Positions 53,829 through 64,000 of a stretch of 64,000 nucleotides of DNA are shown piece by piece; position 1 is the stretch's first letter; every line of letters begins with the position of its first letter. The notes beneath the pieces were generated by a model. That model saw nothing but the letters and a program-made list of their open reading frames with translations, did no database searches and was not told the origin of the DNA. Source of the DNA: Takakia lepidozioides (lineage: Eukaryota; Plantae; Bryophyta); assembly GCA_030704615.1 (NCBI GenBank), contig CM060731.1, positions 33,480,001 to 33,544,000 on the forward strand, in the 5' to 3' direction. The translations under genes and the position numbers were made by a program.

Positions 53829-56614
53829 TTCCACAAACCTCGCGCGATCGCGCGTGTATCCTATAGTACAGATTTTGGTGATTAATGATTCGGCACTATA
53901 TCGATGGACACTAAGAAAGAGTGAAACAGTAAGTTACTGAAGTTTGTTTAGAAAAACTGAGGATGAAGATGAAAAAAAACCTCGCGCGATCGCCCGCGTT
54001 TAGGGTTATAATGATTTGGAAATTGAAAATTGAACTCGGACTCTCGGATTGTCTACTAGAATGTAGAACGTAGGTTTCTATTGGTCAAAACAGATATTTT
54101 TAGAAAATTAAAGGATCTGCTAAAGCTACGACCCGAATGCACAACATTGTCTACGACTCCATAACAGAAATACAACCACATCGACGGGCGTTCGCGCGTG
54201 CTTCAGATGGATGAAATGAAGGACGGATGAATAATGGTAGACGAGTTTCGGATGACAAATAAGCAAATGGATGAATAAATGAAACATGGATGAACGAAAC
54301 AGCTGTAGTGCGAGTGATCATTCGAAGTACATAAAACGGTCGGGTGTGTATGTAAGATTTTTCCAGGCAGTGGATGGGAACAGAGGAGTAGAGAGATAGA
54401 ACAGAAACCCAAATGAAGTGGAGAGGCTCTCAATATTGACAGGAGTACAAAGGGAAGAATGAACGTAAAACAGACAGTCCTGAAGATCAGCAAGCCAGAG
54501 CAACTCAGAGAGAAAAAATGACATGCGTGCACATGGCAGGCTCTTATACGGATTGTCAAACAGTACAAGGTCGACGTGTTCACATTACAGAGGTGCATTT
54601 GGAGTGTCATGGATCGACAAATTGTCGCCCTGGATATGCTCTTTCATGTAATCTAATGGCTATTATGTGTCATCCAGAGCATAAATTCAAGTAGGAGTCT
54701 GAAATCCACCGAACATTAATGGGTCCATAAGTTATTGCGTCCAATGCGAATAACTAACTGATTCGAGATCTGGAATCTGACATCCAAAGCAGAAGCAACA
54801 AATCCAATATTGAATTAATGATACAAGAGAAGGAATAGTCGGCGACGAAAGTGGCCGCCTCTTAAGGCCATTGTGATGAGCCGGCGACCATTTATGGCAT
54901 GGTGACATTAAGTAGCCACAATGAACGTGGGGCCATAGATGAGGTGTAGATAGAGAAAACGTGAGACCGATCAAATCCCAGATGCACGTCCCGACACCTC
55001 ATTATTGAACCTATGAATAATATTTTATCATTGGATGAAATAAGAGCCTTCGCGGATGAAACAGACGTATACTGGATGAGATGACTGCCCTAGTGGATGA
55101 TTCAACTCCCCTCATGGATGAGCGCCGTCACGGGAACCCGCAATAATTCCAAGGTGTTCAATTATAAAGGCGTCGGATTGCCGCGCTGTAACGCTCTGGA
55201 CAAACTAGTGGAGTCCATTCATTACTGACAGTCATGTCGCATCATTGATTGTATCTGCATAAATTTAGGGGTCATCAGCAAACCGTTGGGAAACATCCCG
55301 CCTTTCATTCATCCATGCATCGAGGCCACAAACCGTAGGATGCGACATAACGCCGACAGTTGAGATCACAGGTGGTAAGGCATATAAGGAGGAGTGACCG
55401 AAAGGAGTCTCCTTTTGTATTCATTTGATACATGCGGAAGCCCTGTTCAATTTTGGACTCAATGAAGAGGTGCGAGAGAGAGCGACTGAGCGAGAGAGGC
55501 AGAGATGTGGAGATCGAGTAAACGAAAGAGTGAGAGATCGAGGGAGCGTGAGTTGGAGTGAGTGTGGGTTTGAGCAATTCACCGTGTGCGGGGGAGTGTG
55601 ACAGAGTGAAAGGAGGGCAAAACAAGAGAGTATGTTATCCCGGAAGCTGTTGTGCGCACTCGAGCGAGAAAGCTCATCCAGCCCTGCAGGGAGGATCCTT
55701 GCCTGAAATGGCATCAAGCAGGTAAAATTTTTTTCCGTCTTCTTCGTGCATGCACTGAGCGATTCTTCTGTGGGCTGCAGAGATTGCAGGAAGGTAGAAG
55801 TTGCATGCTTGATTGATTGTTTGCTTGATTGTTTGCTTGTTTGAGCGAATGATTGCTTGATTTGATTTTTGGATTGATTCTAGAGTTAAAGAGGTAGGAT
55901 GGTCGATAGAAAGATTGGGAATTGTGGAAGATTTCGGGATATGTATGCTTTCATTGAGGAACAACTCCGGATTCGAGACATGAGAAATTCCGATTTCATA
56001 GGGTTCGTAGGTACAGCTGGCAACTGTTTAGGTTTTGCAGCTTATGGTGTAGGCCTCAGTATAGATACCATGACACAGTCCATTCACGCGCGATCGCGCG
56101 TGAACTTATTTTACCATGTACAGTTCTGGATACCAAACTGGGTTTTTGGCTCGATTCGGTTATGAACATTATTTCCATGATCTGCATTACGTGACTCTCG
56201 AAATAGGGATTCCTAGTGATTTCGTAAGCCGTAGACAAACCTCGCGCGATCGCCTGTGTTTATTTCAGTGATAGTATTGTGAAACATGGTTTAGTTATGA
56301 CTTGGAGCGAGGCCAATAAGCACTTTCATCAGTGGAATGGTTTGAACGAAGCACGCGCGATCGCGGGTGCTTCATTCAGTAAAAGTGGTCACATAAAAGA
56401 GCACTAACGAACAGTAGCTAATACCAAACTGGGTCGAAAAAATCATTCATTAGTAGGACAATAAACTCAGTGTTTTCAATTTTAAGGATTATGCAATTAT
56501 TGAACATTGCACAATCGCGCTAATTTGACTCCGTAGTTTACTGCATTGGATGAGAAATTGAAGATGTGATGCGAAAAAATGCCCTGAAGAAGCACGTGCG
56601 ATCGCGCGTGCTTC
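52417..56614. repeat. Dispersed CpG-rich palindrome, consensus CGCGCGATCGCGCG (core GCGATCGC), 8-9 copies
   Basis: Copies at 52417, 53841, 53983, 54185, 56083 (perfect 22-bp TTCACGCGCGATCGCGCGTGAA), 56243, 56348, 56508 (decayed) and 56589. Confidence 0.9.
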
Positions 56615-58464
56615 ATTTGGTTGGTACTTGTATTCTAACGACCATCAACAACACCATTGATACCCAGATGATTAGATGACACATATAAGGATATGTCTGA
56701 GTGCATACTCAAAACTGTAAAGTGTTTCGGAAGACATTAGTTCACATTATACAATGTGTCGTGTGCATACATATCGCTACACAACTACATCGTTGTCCAA
56801 AACCACACAACACATGTGCACGCCACACACTAGTATACCATTAGTCCAACTAGTCCAGCCACTAGTCCAACCACTAGGCTACAACTAGTCAGTCATTAGG
56901 CTGCCACTATGCTGCCCAGTATGGCAGTCACTAGTCCACACAATGATAAAGAAGAAGAATACAAGCACAAGCTCATGCGAGCTCACAAAGCTGAAGCATA
57001 AACTCATGCATATATAAACTCATCACTCAAATATAAGTCAAGCCAAGTGCACCCCATGCCACCATCCACATGCCCAGACAAATACCGGTGAAGGAGACAA
57101 TCCCGAGACAACTGCGCTGTCTTCCTCCACTGAAGAAGTGGGGGGAGACAATGTAAAGGATAACGCTGATTCTAGAGACGTCTTCGATAATGAGATTTCA
57201 GAAATAGACTCAAGGATGGGATTCAGTCCAGTGGAGGGGGATATGCCATACGGATGTCATCATATCAAGGTTTAAGCCAACGAGTTAGAGACATCCTTGA
57301 TGGTCAGGCATCTAGGGCATTGGTCGGCGATCAAAACTCTATTGACGTGAGTATTTCAGATTATGAGCTGTCCTAACACTTGTAAAATATTACAAACTTG
57401 ATATAACACCAATGGAACTATATAATAACCTATTGCTCGGTGATCAGGGATGCCTCGGCGTGAGCCTGGTCACGTGAGCGCGTGAGCGCAACTGCGCTCA
57501 CGCCACGTCACCTTGCGCAAATGCCACGTCACGGGGCTCACTCCACGTCATCACACGTGAAGGCCGCGTCACCACGCGCCCAGAAAGAAGTGGAGTGTAT
57601 TCCCGCGGATTGGCACCCTTTACCGCGGAAACAAGCTGGACAACATAATAAAAGACATTGAATAAAGGATGGATGAATGTACAGTTGGATGATAAACAGA
57701 TGGATGAGTGTGAAAAATGAATGTAGATGGATGAATGAGGGATGGATAAGAGTAAAATGGATGAATGTATAATGGATGTTGAGCAATGACAAAAATTCAT
57801 GACAGGAAGATGCATGACCAAATCTTTTGACGAATGCACCTCGTATATGAAATGAGTGTGGAAGGTTTGTGGGGTGGATTAAAGAGTACAGAGGATGAAT
57901 GTACAATGGATGTTGTACAAAGGAAAAAATTCATGAATGGAGCACGCATGAAACAGTGTAGATGAATGCACAATGGATATGAGAAGAGTCAGGGAGGTTT
58001 GTGAGATGGATTCATACATATTGCAATTTAAACGAAAGTTGATTCTGTGATTATTATTTGTTCTAAAGGAACAACTACGGTGGAGGAAGGGGATTCAACG
58101 TTTTCCAGATAATATGAAAATGAATATTAAAAGAATACAGTTCAGTCTGACTCAGAGTCAGTACAATGTATCCCCGCTTCCTCTGCATCTAAGTCTAAGT
58201 ATTTTAGAACACCGGATCCACGCTGGATACACCTACGGCTGGCCACTAAAAAGTCAGGGGATAGGGACTCGGCCGCGTGAAGTGCCATTGCCTCGGCATA
58301 AACATGAAGAAGAAAATTGGAAAGGGGGCTGTCGAAAACAGACTCGCCAGAAATGACTGTATCTCCTGAAGATCCACCGCTGCCTTTCCTGAAAGACAGC
58401 CTGAAAAAGTTATTACTGTAACTTTGATGTTATCGAGAAATTGAGTATGACTCCCAAAGAGGGT

Positions 58465-59036
58465 TTAGCACTTACTCACATGAAAAGTCGTTGTCGCGTT
58501 CTGCTGCAGAGAAGCAGCTCTTGTAGGGTTTAGGTGTCCTCCCCCAAGATCCAAAGTTGATGTCCCGGGGAGGAGCACTGTGTTGTAGAGGTCAGAATCA
58601 CCCTCCATGCCAAAAAGGCTTCTTCCGCCTGCCTTGCATGCGTGGTAAGTTGCTCCTGCACCAGACAGGAGAACATGAACAGTTTGGAGGGGGGGATTTA
58701 AGCAGATGAAACTGTTGAAAGGAAACCAATTCGGAAGGGAAAAAACGAACCTGTGGACACAGAAAGATCGACCACCCGTGCAGAGCGGTGGCTGCATGAC
58801 TCCAGCAGTATTTGCATGAACGCTGGTGACTTTTCCTTTGCACCTCTCCAAGGAGTGCCATCTGGTCTCTTCAGAGTTTGACTGGACTGCATGAAGTTGT
58901 ACAAAATGTCATCGACATGGGGCTCATAGGGGGGGTTGACGAAACAACCCTGGTCAGAAATCTCAAAGCTGCGAATGGAGGATGGTGTCTTTGAGGTGCG
59001 AATCCTCCGCAGGCAGATCGCCTCGAACATCCTCGT
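58465..59036 (-). CDS. 3' exons of a spliced N6-adenine/N4-cytosine (beta-class-like) DNA methyltransferase-like gene; exons 59036-58751 and 58655-~58480; 5' part separated by the LTR retrotransposon; possibly a pseudogene
   Basis: Joined peptide ..WRGAKEKSPAFMQILLESCSHRSARVVDLSVSTG|ATYHACKAGGRSLFGMEGDSDLYN aligns by eye to the QKP..L..LI..S..GD.VLDPF.GSGTT..A...GR..IG.E.D..Y signature; 95-nt GT-AG intron 58750-58656. Confidence 0.7.
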
Positions 59037-59161
59037 CTGGCAAAGATAGCAGGTTAGTGTGGTAAACACAATCTATAGTGGAAGTGTGTACATCGGCTAT
59101 TCAGAACTCTGACACAAAAAAATCATGAATCGGTGATGATCGATGTCGATCATAACACATT

Positions 59162-60757
59162 TGTCGCGCACCTCACTTCGGTAAACTCCCCTTCAAGTCA
59201 TAGTTAACCGCTTTGATGCGCGCGCCTGACTCCCAACCTGGCCGCCGGGCCAACTTGGAGTTTCGGCTACTCACCGGGACATAACGGTCCCCATTCGCTT
59301 CCTCTAAAACCCTCCACCTATTTGGGACTAGGAGAATTCCCTTTGGTAGATGGCAGTCCGGAACAGCTCCCCACTCTTTGGTCGCTTTCCGGCTCGCACG
59401 ATTACTCACTAGTTTTTGGTCACCAACGGGCTTGCACCGTTCTCGGGGTTACTACTCCCTTATATATACTTCTGTAGCTGTCCGCGGGGGTTTCATAACC
59501 AGCCATGCCATTTTATGGCGAACCACCACGAAAACCCTCGACTCCCGGTGGTGAGTCGCGGTGAGTCTTGGCCCACTCACCGCGGCCCCAATGGACCATG
59601 ATGAGTCCCAAGACTCCCCACGACTCCCACCTCGAGGTCTCCACCCCATGGTGAGTCCTATGCCACCCCCACTAAGTCCCACTAAGCTACCACCACCCCT
59701 TGTGGAGCCACCTCCACCGCAACCCGGTGTGCGGGGCTCCACCTAGTGAGCGCCTCCGCCTCTTTGAGTGCCTTGGGCACTCAAGGGTGCTTCAGCCCCC
59801 CATACCTATCGTCGCCGCTGCCCCCACCACAGGGGCAGCCCCTCATGTGTCCCGACCCCCTGCCCTCAAGGCAAAGGGCCGCGACACACACCCCTACCAA
59901 CAGGGAGTCGATGTCCTCATCGACTTGTCCATTTTGTAGAAACGAACATCCAAGTTGTGGCGTCCCACATCAAGGAGTTTGTTTCCGTACATGGCGTCCC
60001 ATGGCAAAGAACCAAACCCCACACTTGACTCCACTCTCCACTAGCTAGTTCGGCCGACTTCCTCCAAGTCCCGGCCAAGGGTGGAGCCTCTCCAGCTCCT
60101 CCCAGTGCACTCTTCTTGGCCTACTTCAAGGCCAAGGAACGATCCTCCCCGAGGATCGAATCGCCTTACTGCAACAACATCGCTTGCGATCGCTCATGAT
60201 GCCGCTTTTGGCATCACCTTGAGCAAGGGTTCACCTGGAACCCTCTTTGACTAGGAAGATAACCTTGAACCAACCGTGCGCCCCAATCACTACAATTGGG
60301 TCCGCCTTGGAATGCTGGCCTGAGGTACAGGAACACGCCGAAGCCGCACTACGACTTCGTCCCGAGGCTACACGATTATAGTACGTGAACGGAAGCACGT
60401 AGCTTCCGCGTTAGCCCGCACTACAAGGCAACCCCCTCGGTAGCGCAGTTATAGTACGCGCACGCGCCAGGTGCGCACTAGCACGTGAACTCCCAAATAA
60501 GGCGCAAGTTTCCTTGCCCCTTGGATGGGAGTCACCCGATTTCGGCACTGCGCAAACACACGATTAACTCAATTTACCTCTCCTACTTTTGTAAGCTAGC
60601 ATGCATTCTACACACTAGTCAACCACACCATGCATCACCATTTCAAACACAATAGGACGCACAATATTTGGAACCCATTTCCTTTATAACAAATTTTTGT
60701 ACAATACAAGTTTTTGCAATCGGATTCCTGAGCTAGCTAAACCGGGCTAAGTATGCA
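59162..60757 (-). mobile_element. 3' LTR (~1.6 kb) of the chromovirus
   Basis: Minus strand starts TGCATAC right after the PPT GGGGGAGGAAA (60768-60758) and ends GGTGCGCGACA at 59162; TATA-like tract at about 59461. Confidence 0.75.
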
Positions 60758-60791
60758 TTTCCTCCCCCACGCTCCAAGGTTGATGTCCCCA

Positions 60792-63700
60792 TCAACGTTT
60801 CTTCCGCTTTTGAGGTCGCCCTTCGAACGCTGCAACTGCCTCGGATGCGTTTCCCATTTCTGAGGCACGCACCCAAGATGCCTCCACAAGATGATAGCCC
60901 TTCCATTTGACGAGATACTCCGTTTCTCGGTTCTTGAACCTCCTCGACTTAAGTATTGCCTCCACCTCGTACTCGGGTTCATTTTCATGATCCAACAGCA
61001 TAGGTGGCGGACGCAACACTTGCTGCCGATTCGGACGTGCTTCATCTTTGAAGTAAGGCTTCAAAAGGGAGACATGGAATACTGGGTGCACCTTGCTGTT
61101 TGCCGGCAGCTCCAATTCATACACATCCTCATTCATAACCCTCCGAATGCGAAAGGGACCCGCATACGGAGGTACGAACTTCGGACTCACTTCCGGAGGT
61201 AGTCGAAAATTCTTGATGTTCAACCAGACCTCTGTGCCTGCCTCAAACTTCACTTCCCTCCGCTTCCGATTCGCCTGCCTTTCATACCGTTTCCTAGCTT
61301 TGGCAATGTTGTACTTTGCGAGCTTCAACAAACGCTCGCGTTCTTCCAGCACCGCCGCTACTGCCGGTTCCTCAACGTCCTGGGTGGCCCAACTTGTCGG
61401 CACCAGAGGTGCTTTTCCATAGACCAACACAAAAGGGGAAATTCCCGTCGCGGAGTGTTCTGTGTTATTATAACAGAACTCTGCCGCGTCTAAGTGTTCC
61501 ATCCAGTCTGATTGGTCTGCCGACACGTAATTCCGCAAGAATTGCTTCACTACGGAATTCACTCTTTCCGTTTGGCCGTCCGTCGTAGGTCGGAAGGCGG
61601 TGCTCATCTTCAGCCTCGTCCCCATCTTCTTCCAAAGTGCTCTCCAAAATTTACTCGTAAACTTTGGGTCGCGGTCCGAGACAATATCCTTCGGGACTCC
61701 ATGATGCTTTAAGACGTGGGCGAAGTAAAGTCGCCCTGTCTCCTGCGCCGTTGCCGTCTCCTTGGTGGGGATGAAATGGGCCATTTTACTGAACCTATCT
61801 ACCACCACCATGATTGCATCGAATCCTTTTGACAGCGGCATAGCAGTCATGAAATCCATCGAGACGCTTTCCCAAGTCCCCTCTGGAATCGGCAAGGGTT
61901 GTAACAGCCCCGCTTGCTTTTTGTACTCGCTCCGGTTTTGTTGGCATGTGGTGCATGTCTTGACATACTCCTCTGCCTCCTCCCTCAGTTTGGGCCAGAA
62001 ATACTCTTTCTTCAAGAGTGCCGCAGTGCGCTTGGCTCCGCCGTGGCCCGCAAGCAGGCTATCATGGCATTCTCTCAAGAGGCTATCTCTGATCCCTCCC
62101 TTTGGCACATAGAGACGTTTTTGCCTATACCGGAGCAGTCCTTTTTGCAAGTGGAACTGCGATTTAACCCCCATTCTCAAGTCCTGCATCACGCGCTTTG
62201 CCAGCTCATCCTTCCGGCAAGCCTTCCGGATCTTCCTTTGGAGCGCCGTCTCGCCCTTGTACACCAACAAGAGCTGCTGCTTTCTACTTAAAGCATCGGC
62301 CACCACATTGTCCCGTCCCGGTTTGTACTGGATATCCACGTCGAACACTGCCAAAGTATCTTGCCACCTAAGTTGTTTTGGGGACAACTTGGGCTGCGTG
62401 GCAAAATACTTCACCGTGACATTGTCCGTGAACACCTTCACTGGGTTGGAACCAACATAGTGGCGCCAGAGTTCAAGGCAATGCACCACCGCCTTCATCT
62501 CTTTTTCGTGCGTCGGCCACCGTCGCTCCACTTCATTCAGTTTCTTACTTTCGTAAGCCACTGGACGTCCATCTTGCATAAGTACACCCCCAATCGCGAA
62601 GTCCGATGCATCTGTATGAATCTCAAACGGACGATCGAACTCCGGGATTTTCAAGACTGGAGCTTCCGTCATCCGCTGCTTCAATTCAGCAAAAGCTTGG
62701 CCACAAAATGTGTTCCATACCCAGACTTTGGATTTACACAGAAGGTCCGACAGCGGCCCCGCGATCTTGGCGAAATTTCTCACATACTTCCGGTAATAGG
62801 AGGCGAGTCCTAGGAAGGATCGCACTCCCGGGACCGAAGTCGGAGGCTCCCAGTCCAAGATCGCCCTCACCTTTCTGTCATCCATTTTGATCCCATCCTG
62901 TGTAATCACATGCCCCAGGAACTCCACTTTTGTGACCCCGAATTCGCACTTTGAAGCTTTGGCATACAGCTTCCCGTCCCGCAATTTTTGGAACACCCTT
63001 TTGAGGTGCTCCAGGTGCTCCTCCTTTGTTTTCGAGTACACCAAGATGTCGTCGATGTACACGATCACAAAGTCATCCAACCACTCCTGGAAAAGGCTGT
63101 TCATCAGCGTGCTAAATGTCGCTGGTGCATTGGTGAGCCCAAAAGGCATCACCAAGAACTCATATGAACCATACCTTGTCCTGCACGCGGTCTTCTCCTC
63201 ATCTCCTTCTGCCACCCGAATTTGGTGATAGCCGGAGCGCAAGTCGATCCGGCTGAAATACTTCGCTCCTGCCAACCGATCGAAGAGGTCGTCGATCCTT
63301 GGCAAAGGGTACCGGTTTTTGATAGTCACCTTATTCAAAGCCCTGTAATCGACACACATCCGCAGCGTCCCATCCTTCTTGTCTGCGAATAGCACCGGGG
63401 CTCCGTAAGGTGACTTACTCGGCCGGATGTACCCCTTTGACATTAGATCCTTGAGCTGAGTCTTCAGCTCGACCAACTCTCTGTGGCTCAACCGGTAGGG
63501 CGCCTTGGCAGGCGGTTCCGATCCCGGTATCACCTCAATCTTGTGGTCAACTCCTCTTCGCGGTGGCAAGCCGCTTGGTAAATCCTCCGGCATCACATCC
63601 TGGTATTTCTCCAAAATCCCTTTGATCCAATCTGGGCTCGGCTCCCCATCGCCTTCTCCTTTCACTTCTCTAATGTAAAGCAAAAACTGGGACTCGTGTG

Positions 63701-64000
63701 CCTCCTCCACGGCCCACTCCTTTGCTGACAGAAGGTTTATTCGCCCTCCCACGGATTTGGGCGTTTCCGACACTCGTAAAACTTCACCACCATTCCCACA
63801 TGGCAGCGTGACTACTCTCTTGCGGCCATCTATGACCGCTCCGGATTTGCTCAAAAAGGTCATCCCCAAAATGAGATCCACTCCATCGATCTCGCAGATA
63901 GTGAAGTTCTCACGTCCCTCCCAACTCCCCAGTTGAAGAGGAACATCAAACGCCAACCTTGTCGCCAACTGAGGTTCTCCTTTGGCAGAGCGCACCTCAA
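60792..64000 (-). mobile_element. Intact-looking chromovirus (Ty3/gypsy) pol: partial protease, RT, RNase H, integrase and chromodomain; runs off the window end
   Basis: Uninterrupted 1067-aa ORF: [43 protein letters not shown] zinc finger, [34 protein letters not shown]. Confidence 0.97.

Noticed and set aside
52417-59036. Cyanobacterial contamination as the source of the HIP1-like motif and methyltransferase
   Set aside because: Both genes have spliceosomal GT-AG introns, gene density is low and a plant LTR retrotransposon is inserted
59173-62890. Many short ORFs in the LTR and antisense to pol
   Set aside because: They are GC-rich LTR sequence and shadow frames of the pol ORF

Overview
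Eukaryotic nuclear DNA from a land plant, probably a non-seed plant such as a bryophyte (an inference from gene types, GT-AG introns, TTTAGGG motifs and the transposon spectrum). Four intact-looking spliced host genes are present: a cadmium-induced AS8-like gene (+), guanosine deaminase (+), a xyloglucan endotransglucosylase/hydrolase (+) and a PMEI-type pectin methylesterase (-). They lie among many mobile elements. These include two degenerate Ty3/gypsy remnants, a young chromovirus with a 1.6-kb LTR, a solo LTR, a pogo-like element, a piggyBac family (a decayed transposase plus TTAA-flanked non-autonomous copies), a tRNA-derived SINE, a LINE fragment and two decayed DUF7869/Sola1-related transposase genes. 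The most unusual region is about 50-59 kb. There a spliced gene fragment resembling the C-terminal half of a prokaryote-type N6-adenine/N4-cytosine DNA methyltransferase lies co-oriented upstream of a DUF7869-type transposase gene. The interval 52.4-56.6 kb (transposase intron, promoter and upstream DNA) carries 8-9 copies of a CpG-rich palindrome whose core is GCGATCGC. All family assignments come from motif recognition by eye; no database search was run.
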